Shown here: piece after piece, positions 42,117-52,268 of the stretch | Layout of the letters: every line of letters starts with the position of its first letter | Numbering within the stretch: the stretch's first letter is position 1 | DNA from: Leptolyngbyaceae cyanobacterium | Lineage (GTDB): Bacteria; Cyanobacteriota; Cyanobacteriia; Phormidesmidales; Phormidesmidaceae | DNA length: 64,000 nucleotides | Assembly (NCBI GenBank): GCA_965263355.1 | Contig: CBDHHL010000056.1 | Location: 64,001-128,000, forward strand | Reading direction: 5' to 3' | The notes under the pieces: model-generated | What the model saw: the letters and a program-made list of their open reading frames with translations, nothing else | Databases searched by the model: none | Told to the model about the DNA's origin: nothing | Made by a program: the position numbers and the translations under genes

Positions 42117-42938
42117 TTGGTTACTACAGCAGCCCTGCCCACCCCCCAGCTACGCTGGACGGTGGTCATTTCAACGGTCATTCTTCACTTACTCGCTCTC
42201 CTAGCGCTGCTGCCAAGCAATTTTAGTTGGAGAGCCATTGGTGTGGCTCTTTTTTTACACGCAATCACCCAGGGGCTAGGTATTTCCCTCGGGTTTCATC
42301 GTATGGCTAGCCATCGCAGTTTGCGCGTACCGCCTTGGTTAGAACACCTTTTTATTTTGCTTGGCACCCTTGCCTTTCAGGGGGGTGTCTATGGCTGGGT
42401 CGGCTACCATCGCCTGCACCATATGCATACTGATCAGGAGTTAGACCCTCACAGTGCTAGCAAAGGGTTTTGGTGGAGCCATATTAACTGGCTAATGCAT
42501 ACTGTTCCCACCCACTCCCTGCTACCTCGTATGACCCAAGATATCCGTGATGATAAGTTCTATCAGTTCTGCCACGATCACTACATTAGTCTTCAGGCGG
42601 CGTTAGCGCTTTTACTATACCTGGCAGGGGGCATGCCATTTCTCGTTTGGGGCGTGTTTGTCAGGCTCTTTATTAGCTTTCACAGCACCTGTTTTGTTAA
42701 CAGTGCCTGTCATCAATTTGGCTATCGTCCAACCAATACCGATGACATGTCCACCAACTGTTGGTGGGTGGCTGTTCTAACCTACGGCGAAGGCTGGCAC
42801 AATAATCACCATGCTTGTCAATCCTCTGCCTGCTTCCAAAAAAACTGGTGGGAGGTTGATCTGGTATGGCAGGTTATTCGCCTATTACAGGCCTTTGGAT
42901 TGGCGGAAAAGGTAAAGACTGCGAATGCTAAAGGTTAG
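42117..42938 (+). CDS. Delta-9 acyl-lipid fatty acid desaturase (DesC-like)
   Basis: His boxes HRMASH, HRLHH and HNNHH; GFWWSH; TTG start. Confidence 0.88.
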   Translation: MVTTAALPTPQLRWTVVISTVILHLLALLALLPSNFSWRAIGVALFLHAITQGLGISLGFHRMASHRSLRVPPWLEHLFILLGTLAFQGGVYGWVGYHRLHHMHTDQELDPHSASKGFWWSHINWLMHTVPTHSLLPRMTQDIRDDKFYQFCHDHYISLQAALALLLYLAGGMPFLVWGVFVRLFISFHSTCFVNSACHQFGYRPTNTDDMSTNCWWVAVLTYGEGWHNNHHACQSSACFQKNWWEVDLVWQVIRLLQAFGLAEKVKTANAKG

Positions 42939-43082
42939 GGTTGGGTGAATTTTAGACAGCATCCGCTCCTTGGGAGGGAGTTTAGTTTTGAGTTAGTCAG
43001 TGCCATTCGTTCAAGATTTAAAACTTCCTTGATATGACATTGGTGTGACTTTGGGAATCATTTTTTTATTAAGGATCAGTTA

Positions 43083-43263
43083 GCCCCTCGGGCTGGTATC
43101 GACTAGCTGAGGGTGGCCCATTGCCTCCTTAATTATGGAGATGATGTTCTCTCATCTACGACCAGGTTCAAACCCTATCAGCTCTGCGGTGAACTACCTT
43201 GAATGCGTTTGGGCTCTGCAGGTTAAGACCTCCGCCCAGGGGCTGTGGCGGTTTACCGTAGAG
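43083..43263 (+). ncRNA. Candidate structured RNA / leader upstream of the slipin gene
   Basis: Several long stems with G-U pairs and a T-loop-like AGG-TTCAAAC-CCT; no family recognised. Confidence 0.35.
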
Positions 43264-43276
43264 TTCCAATCGTTAC

Positions 43277-43978
43277 ATGTTTCCCATTCGGATTACGATT
43301 TTTGAATACGAGCGCGGTCTAAAATACGTTAAGGGTCGGTTTAAGCAGGTGCTGGGAGCAGGGCAGTACTGGCTATGGGCCTTTGGCAATACCACCATTC
43401 GTAAAGTAGACATGCGCCCCCAGTACCTGAGTGTGCCAGGGCAAGCGGTACTGACCGCCGATGGGGTGGGTCTAAAGATCAGTCTGACAGCGGTTTATGA
43501 AATCAGTGACCCGGCAATGGCGATTAATCAGGTGGCTGATTATCGTCAGGGACTCTATCTAACAGTACAAACGGGGTTGCGTGAATTGATCGGCACGGTG
43601 GCCATGGACGATTTGCTGGGCAATACCGAACTCAATCAACGGCTGCTGGACACAACTGCTAGCCAGGTCACTTCCCTGGGACTACGGCTGATTAACCTCA
43701 GCATTCGTGACCTGATGCTGCCGGGGGAATTGAAAAAGCTCTATGCCCAGATCGTGCAGGCCCGTCAGGAAGGGCTGGCCCAGCTGGAACGAGCTAGGGG
43801 TGAAACGGCGGCCCTGAGAAGTTTGGCCAATGCAGCTCGGCTAACCAATAAAAATCCAACTTTACTACAGCTAAGACTGTTGCAAGCCCTGGAACAGTCC
43901 ACTGGCAATACCTTTCACATAGAACTAGCGGCGAGTGCACAGGACACTGGTTCAGAAAACGCTGGTTCTGCGGATTAA
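43277..43978 (+). CDS. Slipin / SPFH (band 7) family protein
   Basis: IFEYERGL, VLTADG, IRDLMLPG and ERARGETAALRSLANAA. Confidence 0.9.
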   Translation: MFPIRITIFEYERGLKYVKGRFKQVLGAGQYWLWAFGNTTIRKVDMRPQYLSVPGQAVLTADGVGLKISLTAVYEISDPAMAINQVADYRQGLYLTVQTGLRELIGTVAMDDLLGNTELNQRLLDTTASQVTSLGLRLINLSIRDLMLPGELKKLYAQIVQARQEGLAQLERARGETAALRSLANAARLTNKNPTLLQLRLLQALEQSTGNTFHIELAASAQDTGSENAGSAD

Positions 43979-44185
43979 TATTGAAGGACGATGGCACTCA
44001 TTGCCAAGATTCAGACTTGGCGGAAGTTACGGTGAGGTGAGGGTAAACTTCCAACTCCTCCTAACTAACCCTTGGTTTCAAAAGACGGCTCAACTCGCTA
44101 ATCTCACCAATCAGTAGAAGCACGCTAAAATTCAACTAACAGACTCTGCTAAAATAGTACATATAAACTATATAGCTGCGGTTTA

Positions 44186-44956
44186 ATGACCATGCCTGCT
44201 GAACTCGCCTCCCCATTAGCAACGGCCCACGACGACAGCCGTTTAATGGCTGGCGAGTCTGGTGTATTCCCGACTGGGGATTTTATTAGCGACGAACCAC
44301 CGTTGGAAAGCTCTTTACACCTGCAGCAGATGTTGCTGCTCATTAGCTGCCTGGAATGGCTATGGCAGGATCGAAACGATTATTTCATAGCAGGCAACCT
44401 GACCGTTTACTATAGCGACCGTCAGCTCAAGTCCGAGAAATTTCGAGGTCCCGACTTTTTTGTCGTGCTAGGCACAGAGAAAAAGCCCCGCAATAGTTGG
44501 GTCGTGTGGCAAGAAGGGGGCAAATATCCCAATCTAATTGTGGAACTGTTGTCCGACTCCACGGCCAATACAGATCGAGAAACCAAAAAAGCAATTTACC
44601 AGGATGCATTTCGTACCCCTGAGTATTTTTGGTTTGATCCAAAGACCCTAGAGTTTGCCGGATTTGAACTGGTAGATAGTCAGTATGTGCCCATTGAGCC
44701 GACAGTTGAGGGCAGGCTATGGAGTAAGCAGCTGCAGCTATTTTTAGGCATCCAGGACGAGCAGCTACGGTACTTTTTGCCCGATGGGGCACTAGTGCCC
44801 ACACCAGAAGAATCGGCTAAATTAGCCCAGGCAAAAATGGAAGTGGCTGAGCAGGAAGCTGCGATCGCAAAAGCCAAAGCAGAGCAGTTAGCCCAGAAAC
44901 TCCGAGAATTGGGTGTAGATCCAGATTCTTTATCCCCAGAAACCCAACAATGCTAG
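44186..44956 (+). CDS. Uma2 family (PD-(D/E)XK) endonuclease
   Basis: SDEPPLES, GPDFFVV, VELLS and EYFWFDP; coiled-coil tail. Confidence 0.92.
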   Translation: MTMPAELASPLATAHDDSRLMAGESGVFPTGDFISDEPPLESSLHLQQMLLLISCLEWLWQDRNDYFIAGNLTVYYSDRQLKSEKFRGPDFFVVLGTEKKPRNSWVVWQEGGKYPNLIVELLSDSTANTDRETKKAIYQDAFRTPEYFWFDPKTLEFAGFELVDSQYVPIEPTVEGRLWSKQLQLFLGIQDEQLRYFLPDGALVPTPEESAKLAQAKMEVAEQEAAIAKAKAEQLAQKLRELGVDPDSLSPETQQC

Positions 44957-45130
44957 GAGCAGCTATAGGTCAAATTACAAGCAGAAACCATTTCTCTACA
45001 AGAACATCAGAATCTGCTGGCCTTAGAATCTGCTGGCCTTAATCGATACTGTGGAACAGGCCGATGCTAAACGCCTGGAAACCCTGATGAACCTAGCTCA
45101 ACTTCGTCAGGTGTCTCTCCCCGATCTTAA
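44957..45130 (+). pseudogene. Decayed small helical protein gene with a 16-bp tandem duplication
   Basis: KLQAETISLQEHQNLLAL / IDTVEQADAKRLETLMNLAQLRQVSLPDL, broken by AGAATCTGCTGGCCTT x2 (45009-45040) and an upstream stop. Confidence 0.55.
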
Positions 45131-45271
45131 TCATGCACTTGTTTCTTAACAACGCCTTTAATGCAGGCTGCTGTTACAGTTTCAGTTAAATAGAGATTTT
45201 CTAAGCAACCATTCCAGGCTCAATGCGATACGATAGCCTGAAATTGACCATTTGCAAGGGGGGCGCATCCC

Positions 45272-46216
45272 ATGAAACCCCAGGCCATATCTGCTGCTGC
45301 TTTGACTGTTGATCGATCAATTAAGGAGTCAACTAACTGTGTGGGCGATTATGCCCATCAGGCCATTCAGAAATACGTCAACCACATTTGTCGACAGGAG
45401 AAAGGGGTGTTGGCCCATGACGATCCTGAGTTTTTGCACCAAATGCGCGTGGGGTTACGCCGTTTGAGGACAGTATGTGGAGTGTTTGGTTTTGCGATCG
45501 CACTCCCCAAAACAGTCGATGATCGTGCCCTCAAACGGTTAGGCAAACGTTTGGGTAAGGCAAGGGATCTAGATGTATTGCAAAGTTGGTTACAAACCTA
45601 CGCCAACCAGACACCTTTGAACAAGGCAGAAACTAAAGTGTTACGTACCCTGACCCGAAAGCTGGAAAAACAGCGGCAGAACTATGTAGCCCAGACAGAC
45701 AAGCTTCTGCGGAGTACGGCCTACAATCGGCTGTTTAAGACCCTCAAACAATGGTTAAAGCAGCCCAACTATCAGCCATTATCCAGTTTGCCGCTAACAA
45801 TGGCTTTACCAGACCTCCAGTTACCCATGATTAGTCAGCTATTGCTACACCCCGGCTGGCTAGTAACCAATGATGCGGATACTGAGCAATTAGAACAGGT
45901 CCACGCATTGCGCAAACAGATCAAAGGCGTGCGCTATCAAATGGCGTTATTTCGTGAATTTTATGGAGAGGAGTATAAAACTCAAGTAGGTACCTTTAGG
46001 CAGATGCAAGATCTCTTAGGTGAACTACAGGATGAAGTCGTTTTACAATCGTTCTTAGTAAAAGCATTGGGGTCTAAATGGGCCAAGAAATTGCCTAGCT
46101 TAAACCAATATTTTCGACAACGGCACCAACAACTTTGGCAACAATGGTTAACACTGCGGCAGCCCTATCTATCGTTGGAACAGCGTAATACATTGTATCG
46201 GCTGTTTTTAGCATAA
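45272..46216 (+). CDS. CHAD domain protein (polyphosphate-binding)
   Basis: LHQMRVGLRRLR, LGKARDLDV, VHALRKQIK.VRY and QDLLGELQD. Confidence 0.92.
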   Translation: MKPQAISAAALTVDRSIKESTNCVGDYAHQAIQKYVNHICRQEKGVLAHDDPEFLHQMRVGLRRLRTVCGVFGFAIALPKTVDDRALKRLGKRLGKARDLDVLQSWLQTYANQTPLNKAETKVLRTLTRKLEKQRQNYVAQTDKLLRSTAYNRLFKTLKQWLKQPNYQPLSSLPLTMALPDLQLPMISQLLLHPGWLVTNDADTEQLEQVHALRKQIKGVRYQMALFREFYGEEYKTQVGTFRQMQDLLGELQDEVVLQSFLVKALGSKWAKKLPSLNQYFRQRHQQLWQQWLTLRQPYLSLEQRNTLYRLFLA

Positions 46217-46479
46217 TATCGAGGTCTATCCCTGGGATACTGGGGATTATAAGCCAGAACTTTGTAATGCTAGGAGAACCTTACCCTAACATCTTCATAA
46301 AATCTCCAGCTTTGTGCACTATCACAGTAACAGCATCAAATCCTGGAAATGATTATGAGTTACTGCCTTTGTTGCAATAGTTTGCTATTACGTCATGTTC
46401 GTCATGGTGTAGAGGCACACCGATGTATCCCCAACACGGAGTATGCTTTAGTTGTTGTCATTAGTTCTTGCCAACTTCT

Positions 46480-46507
46480 GTAGGGATACAATAGTGTGTA
46501 TCCCTAC
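46480..46507. repeat. GTAG-type REP-like palindrome between convergent genes
   Basis: GTAGGGATACA-ATAGTG-TGTATCCCTAC perfect 11-bp stem; a degenerate copy lies at ~46408-46436. Confidence 0.65.
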
Positions 46508-46537
46508 GGATTATTCAACAATTCTGACAACAATCTT

Positions 46538-47071
46538 CTAATGTGCGCCCCAGGATACCCATTTATGGGTGTTATCATTGGCTTCATTCAGCACGGGACT
46601 CCTAAGATGACAAAGGTTAGCGCCATCATGATCGGTATCGTCTAAACCGGTCTCATCCAGACATGCGGCCGTGAGATTAGCATTACAGAAGTTAGCGCCA
46701 CTGATGATGGCGGCAGTGAGGTTAGCACCTCGAAGGTCTGCTCCTTCGAGATTTGCCATTCTCAGGTCTGCATGACTCAGGTCTGCGCCTACTAGGCTTG
46801 CTTCTGAAAGGTCTGCCCCAATAAAGTTGGCACCTATGAGTTTGGCACCGCTCAAATCTGCTTTGCTGAGATCTGCATTAGTGAGATTAGCACTGTTTAG
46901 GTCGCTGCGACTCAGGTCTGCATGACTCAGATCTGCATGGCTCAGGTCACATTGGCTAAAGTCTACACCACTGAGACGGCTTTGTTTTAAGTTCGCAACG
47001 TGGAGGCTAATGCCAGAAAAGTCGCGGTAGCCTTGGTTGTATTCGTGACGGAGTTGTTGAATGTCAATCAT
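46538..47071 (-). CDS. Pentapeptide repeat protein
   Basis: Y..GYRDFSG N-terminus and repeated A(D/N)L(S/T)x; AGGAG RBS. Confidence 0.93.
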   Translation of the reverse strand: MIDIQQLRHEYNQGYRDFSGISLHVANLKQSRLSGVDFSQCDLSHADLSHADLSRSDLNSANLTNADLSKADLSGAKLIGANFIGADLSEASLVGADLSHADLRMANLEGADLRGANLTAAIISGANFCNANLTAACLDETGLDDTDHDGANLCHLRSPVLNEANDNTHKWVSWGAH

Positions 47072-47438
47072 GGTCTGTCTCCTATAGTGGCTTCGTTGGT
47101 GTGAATTAGGAAGATGCGTTGTTCCCTAACCAACAAGAAACAGTTTGGCGCTATGGGCGGAATACCGACTACACAGAGCATGATGAGATCGATGACCTAA
47201 TCTATTGTGATGGGTAGACACAACAGATACAGGGTAATGTTTCGCCGCTCGTCAACACTGTCCCTAACGATACGTTTATCTTGACGTACTTTTTTGAAAG
47301 CGACACAGGTTATTAATAGATTGCAATGTTTTTTGGGGGTTGCTAGAGTGGCGATAGTGGCTAACCACCCCGCTTTCAGCCTGCCCTTTCGAGACACTTA
47401 ATAAACAACTACAACTCCTTGAACTAAAACCAATTCAG

Positions 47439-48218
47439 TTGGGAACAAGTTCCCTGGCGGTGGTTACCTATCCAGGCACGTCTACAGTACCCGCACCTCA
47501 GCCACCACCAACCATCAATAATATATTTAATATTTCTGGTAGTACCCTGACGAATGTATCGGCTTCTGGCAACATCCAATATACCGAAGCCGCTAGCCCG
47601 TCAACTCTCTCGGTTGAGGTAAATGATATCAATCAGGCCACATATGGCAAGAAGAAAACGATCTTAATGCTTGCGGCAAACCCTAAAGATACCGCTCAGC
47701 TTCGTTTAGGGGCAGAATCACGGGAAATTTTAGCCGGGTTAGAACGCTCAAAACACCGAGATCAGTTTGAGTTAATCACTCGCTTTGCCCAACGTCCTGA
47801 TGATATGCGGCGCGCGCTGCTGGATATTAATCCAGATATTGTGCATTTTTCAGGCCATGGTGGTGGCTCCAATGGTCTGGTACTGGAAAATGACGCTGGT
47901 AAACTGCAGTTTGTCCCGACGGCTTCCCTAACCCGACTGTTCAATTTTTTTAGCAATACAATTGAGTGCGTTGTGCTGAATGCCTGTTACTCAGAAGAGC
48001 AGGCTACTGCTATCCATGAGCATATCAATTGTGTTGTAGGGATGAACCGAGCCGTGGGCGATCGCAGCGCCATCAAATTTGCCATCGGCTTTTACGATGC
48101 CCTTGGCGCAGGGCGCTTCTACGAAGATGCCTTTGAAATGGGCCTAATTGCCATTGATGTCGATCGCCTGAAAGGGTTAGATATTCCCCGCCTAAAATTG
48201 CGCGAACCAACGTTTTAA
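47439..48218 (+). CDS. CHAT domain protein, possibly 5'-truncated
   Basis: ILMLAANP, VHFSGHG, VVLNACYS and FYDAL; weak TTG start preceded by a linker-like segment. Confidence 0.8.
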   Translation: MGTSSLAVVTYPGTSTVPAPQPPPTINNIFNISGSTLTNVSASGNIQYTEAASPSTLSVEVNDINQATYGKKKTILMLAANPKDTAQLRLGAESREILAGLERSKHRDQFELITRFAQRPDDMRRALLDINPDIVHFSGHGGGSNGLVLENDAGKLQFVPTASLTRLFNFFSNTIECVVLNACYSEEQATAIHEHINCVVGMNRAVGDRSAIKFAIGFYDALGAGRFYEDAFEMGLIAIDVDRLKGLDIPRLKLREPTF

Positions 48219-48455
48219 TCAAACTGAGTTTTTAGAGAAATTCGTTTGAGGTTAAGTGTACTGTTAGGAGCAGGTGCTTTTATCCATTAGTTAAGAGTCT
48301 AGTTAAGAGTCAACCTATTGTTCAACGTTAAACTCCAGCTGTAAATGACTTTAAGATAATTTTAGATATGCTTAAATCTAAAATATTATGTTCTAAATTA
48401 TCCATACCTTTAACTGAAATCTATAGTGGAAAAGTCTATTCTTTAGCACTAATAA

Positions 48456-48947
48456 ATGATGGTTAGCAATGATTTATTACCGCAGACAATTAGTGGCTAT
48501 GAAATTGATCAATTAGACCTGAATATTATTAAACTTCTGCAACATAATGGACGCATTGCCTATAGCGATATTGCTCGTTCGATTGATGCCCCTGAGGCAA
48601 CAATTCGATATCGGGTTAAGCGGCTCATTGATGAAAAAATCATTTCTATTAGTGCCTTTATTAATACGGGCAAAGTTAAGTATGAAAATGTTGCTTACAT
48701 TGAGTTGGAAACTGAGCCTAATTTCTTAGACGATGATCTCAATGAGCTGGTAGTAATGGAAAATATTAGCTACGTAGCATCCGTCACGGGAGACTATGAT
48801 GTTATGTTGGAATATATCTACAAAGATAATGAGGATTTGCTAAATTTTATCAACACATTAAAGCAAAATCCTAACGTAAAACGTCTCAGCTCAAGAACAA
48901 TTCTGAAAATTCATAAGGCCCAGTATCCGGCTAGAGTTCAACCGTAA
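48456..48947 (+). CDS. Lrp/AsnC family transcriptional regulator
   Basis: IDQLDLNIIKLLQHNGRIAYSDIA HTH and VTGDYD. Confidence 0.92.
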   Translation: MMVSNDLLPQTISGYEIDQLDLNIIKLLQHNGRIAYSDIARSIDAPEATIRYRVKRLIDEKIISISAFINTGKVKYENVAYIELETEPNFLDDDLNELVVMENISYVASVTGDYDVMLEYIYKDNEDLLNFINTLKQNPNVKRLSSRTILKIHKAQYPARVQP

Positions 48948-49020
48948 ACCTCTTAAAAATAAATTTTGCAATTTTAATTTTATACTCTGCCCTCTTCGCA
49001 GGAAACCAGTCCAAAACATA

Positions 49021-49110
49021 TATAATCGCCCCCGCCGTAAACCCAACTTATGCAAGTAGAGATAACATAGTATGAGGGTTGTAGGGCGGCATCCCGCCAT
49101 GCCCAGGGGG
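49021..49110 (+). repeat. Dispersed ~90-bp REP-containing element, copy 1
   Basis: Shares TATAATCG.CCCCGCCGTA...GGGTTGTAGGGCGGCATCCCG...GCCCAGGGG with 63879-63971. Confidence 0.75.
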
Positions 49111-49223
49111 TTTGGGGAACTCGGAGGGACCCCAAGCAACATCTTGAACTTCCTTGCCAACCGCGCAGCGTCCCTACAAGATCACCTATTCGAATAAAAC
49201 TTACTGAATACGAAAGAAAAAAA

Positions 49224-50078
49224 TCAAGGCATTTTAGCCGTCTTTCCAATTACATCCAGTGGGTCTTCTCTTAATAACGTCTCCTGGGTATTAACATCCG
49301 CTTCAATTACATTTTCTAGATGACGCTGTAGGGCTAGAAAATCAGAATCGTAGCGATCGCAAAATCTATCCTCAGAAATATTCACCGTTTCAATAATCCG
49401 ACCCGGTCTATCCCCAATCACAATTAACTTTTGGCCCAACAAAATCGCCTCTTCCACATTGTGGGTCACCAGCACCATCGTCGTTGCCGTATCTTCCCAA
49501 ATAGACGACAAAAATTTCTGCAACCTGCGCCGTAGTTGAATATCTAAGGCAGAAAAGGGTTCATCTAATAACAGCACATCGGGTTGGACTGCAATGGATC
49601 GAGCAATGGATACCCGCTGTTTCATGCCCCCTGAAAGCTGATGGGGATAGGATTTCCGGGCATGGGAAAGGCCCACCTGTGCCAACACATCCCTAACTTT
49701 GGTGGCATAATGGATCTGTTTTTTGCCCCGGACCTTAAACCCAAAGCCAATATTTTGTTCAACTGTTAACCAGGGATACAGGGTATTTTCCTGGAACACC
49801 ATGCCAATTTTTGGGGTGATGCCCTTAAGGGGAACCCCATGGAATAGCACCTGACCCGCACTGGGATGGATAAATCCACCTAACAGTTTGAGTAAAGTGG
49901 ATTTTCCGCCGCCTGATTGTCCCAAAATGGTAACAAAATCTCCCTGGTTGACGTTCAGGTTAACGTTGGCTAAGACGGTTGTTTGGCTGCGACCGGATGA
50001 AAAATGTTTAGCGACATTCTGGCAGGTGAGGATGGCAGAGCTGGAAATGGGGGTTGGGGTGCGATCGCGAGACTCCAT
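49224..50078 (-). CDS. NitT/TauT-type ABC transporter ATP-binding protein
   Basis: GQSGGGKST, LSGGMKQR, LLLDEPFSALD and VTHN. Confidence 0.95.
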   Translation of the reverse strand: MESRDRTPTPISSSAILTCQNVAKHFSSGRSQTTVLANVNLNVNQGDFVTILGQSGGGKSTLLKLLGGFIHPSAGQVLFHGVPLKGITPKIGMVFQENTLYPWLTVEQNIGFGFKVRGKKQIHYATKVRDVLAQVGLSHARKSYPHQLSGGMKQRVSIARSIAVQPDVLLLDEPFSALDIQLRRRLQKFLSSIWEDTATTMVLVTHNVEEAILLGQKLIVIGDRPGRIIETVNISEDRFCDRYDSDFLALQRHLENVIEADVNTQETLLREDPLDVIGKTAKMP

Positions 50079-50129
50079 AGCTTATACCAAATTCGAATTC
50101 ATTAAACCCGATTAAAAATGGATAATCCT

Positions 50130-50156
50130 GTAGGGGCAATCCCTTGTGGTTGCCCT
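50130..50156 (+). repeat. GTAG-type REP-like hairpin between ABC genes
   Basis: GTAGGGGCAATCCCTTGTGGTTGCCCT. Confidence 0.55.
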
Positions 50157-50189
50157 TCAATACTGGGTGCCATCAGCCAGGATTTAGTA

Positions 50190-50999
50190 TTACACCTGCC
50201 ACCAGAAAAACTTTCGCTGAATCAACAACAGCAGTCGATCTACCGCAAATCCAGTAATCCCAATAATACAGATCCCCAACAAGATCAAATTACTATTAAA
50301 CAGATTTCGTCCAGTCATCACCACTGTACCCAGCCCATCTCGCAATCCAGTCATTTCTGCTGCCAGTACCGCCATCCAGGCCGCAATAAAATTTAACCGC
50401 AATAGGGTAAATACCCCTGGCAAAACCGCTGGCACGATCACCCATCGCCACCGATTAAAACTACCCCCTCCCAGATTTTGTGCTGTCATTAACAGTGGTT
50501 CAGGGATGCGTTTAATCTCCGCCACCGTAGCAATGGTCAAGGTAAAGAACACACCCATAAACACAATAAACACTGCCGTTAAGTTACTCACCCCAAAGAC
50601 AACCAGGGCCAATGGTACCCAGGCAATGGGGGCAATCGGTGCAATTAATCCTAATATGGGCAAGATAAAAAGCTCCGACCACTTCGAGAGACTGATTAAA
50701 AGACCACACACAATCGACCCAATAAAGGCCACTGTCATTCCCAGTAGCACACGAACCAACGTGACTGCCACCGATTGGTAAATCGAAGCTGCCTGGGAAC
50801 CCAGACCAATCTTAAAATCACTCTCAAATAAGACGGGCAAAAACTGAGATGGCGGTGGTAAAACCTGGGTAATCGGATTCTCTGGATTGCGACCAATGCT
50901 TTCCCAAAGTCCTACTAAAACAGCACAAGATAGCAGACCACATCCAATCGAAAGCAGCGATTGTCGCCAGACTTGTTGATCCCGAATACTGTGTTTCAT
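50190..50999 (-). CDS. NitT/TauT-type ABC transporter permease
   Basis: LPPPS, PIAPIAWVPL, EAA-like loop and AEMTG..GLG. Confidence 0.93.
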   Translation of the reverse strand: MKHSIRDQQVWRQSLLSIGCGLLSCAVLVGLWESIGRNPENPITQVLPPPSQFLPVLFESDFKIGLGSQAASIYQSVAVTLVRVLLGMTVAFIGSIVCGLLISLSKWSELFILPILGLIAPIAPIAWVPLALVVFGVSNLTAVFIVFMGVFFTLTIATVAEIKRIPEPLLMTAQNLGGGSFNRWRWVIVPAVLPGVFTLLRLNFIAAWMAVLAAEMTGLRDGLGTVVMTGRNLFNSNLILLGICIIGITGFAVDRLLLLIQRKFFWWQV

Positions 51000-51056
51000 T
51001 GGCCTAGGGCTTGTTAAAAAGTAAGCTCTGCGAAGTCATTTTTAAACAACCCCCTC

Positions 51057-52130
51057 CTACTCTAATGATTTGACCAAGGTCGTATCAAAAATATCCTTAG
51101 CCGGAACATCTGATTCGATGTACTTCAGTTCCACCATTTTATCGACCACAGTTTGTACAGCATCTAAGTCAGGCGTAAACGTAATCGGTGATGGCTGAGT
51201 TTCAAAGGCCGTTAACAATACCTCATCTTCAACCCGATAATAATTTCCATCCTTCAACAGTTCAATTGCTTTGGCTGGGTCAGTATTAATAATCTCAGCA
51301 GAACATTGCATCCCTTTGATGTAGGCTTTGACCACTTCTGGACGCTCACTGAGGGTTTTGTCTAATACACTCACTACGGTGTTTGGCGTGGTGGGAGACC
51401 AAACCTCGGCATTATCGGTTAAGACAGTTGCCTCACCGCTGGTAACAAACTGAGTAGTATAGGGCTTAATGTGACTGAGAATATCCACCTCGCCGACTCG
51501 GAAGGCGTCTACCATGGCCAACAGATCATCAAAGTAGACCATTTCAAAGGCGTCGGGCGAAATACCTGCCTCTTCAAAGGCATCCACCAAAATTAGTTCA
51601 AGGGTATCGCCTCGTAGGGTGGCGATTTTTAGTTTAGTATCTGGGTTTTCTGAGACAAATGCTACTAAATCTGATATTGATGCCACTCCATGCTCATTGT
51701 TAATGATTACCTGCATGACGCCCCAACCCCCAGCGGCGGAGACAGTCTTGATGGGGACACCACTATTCGCGGCAAAAAATGGCAAAGTAAAAGGATTGGT
51801 ACTAAAGTCAATGCTGCCACCAGCCAGGGCTGCATTGTTGTCACCAGGGTTTGTAAACGCAACTGTTTCAACGGCCAGACCATTGTCTTCAAAACAGCCT
51901 GACTCCACCCCCACAAACAAAGGAGCCATATCTAAAGCAACCAAGTGCCCCGCTTTGACAGGGGTTAACTCAGCTACTGGGGCTGCCTCTGCCTCTGCAA
52001 TCTCTGATGTCTCAGCTGCTGGAGATTCTGTTACATCATCTGTGGGACTAGATGAAGCACAGGAAATCCACAAAAGACTACCTGCAGATAAGACTATTAT
52101 CCGCTTTAACAATAGAAAAGTGGGATTCAT
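51057..52130 (-). CDS. NitT/TauT-type ABC substrate-binding lipoprotein
   Basis: Lipoprotein Cys (WISC), G.FEDNGL and AALAGGSIDF; first gene of the ABC operon. Confidence 0.9.
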   Translation of the reverse strand: MNPTFLLLKRIIVLSAGSLLWISCASSSPTDDVTESPAAETSEIAEAEAAPVAELTPVKAGHLVALDMAPLFVGVESGCFEDNGLAVETVAFTNPGDNNAALAGGSIDFSTNPFTLPFFAANSGVPIKTVSAAGGWGVMQVIINNEHGVASISDLVAFVSENPDTKLKIATLRGDTLELILVDAFEEAGISPDAFEMVYFDDLLAMVDAFRVGEVDILSHIKPYTTQFVTSGEATVLTDNAEVWSPTTPNTVVSVLDKTLSERPEVVKAYIKGMQCSAEIINTDPAKAIELLKDGNYYRVEDEVLLTAFETQPSPITFTPDLDAVQTVVDKMVELKYIESDVPAKDIFDTTLVKSLE

Positions 52131-52198
52131 ATGGTTACTCAGCCCCCAACGCTGCTCTTTAAACTTGGAAGAAAACGCTTACTGCTCACACAACTATG

Positions 52199-52241
52199 AG
52201 GGTAGGTGAGTCAATAGGTATTTTTTGTAACTGATGAAACA
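52199..52241 (-). promoter_or_regulatory. NtcA-type class II promoter of the ABC operon
   Basis: Minus strand TGTTTCATCAGTTACA (GTT-N8-TAC; TGT-N10-ACA), then exactly 22 nt to TACCCT (TAN3T). Confidence 0.65.
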
Positions 52242-52268
52242 ATCTCAGCAAAAATACAGCTACAAAAG

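Noticed and set aside
51619..52209. 196-aa plus-strand ORF and similar short antisense ORFs throughout the track
   Set aside because: They are shadow frames opposite well-supported genes and have no motifs.
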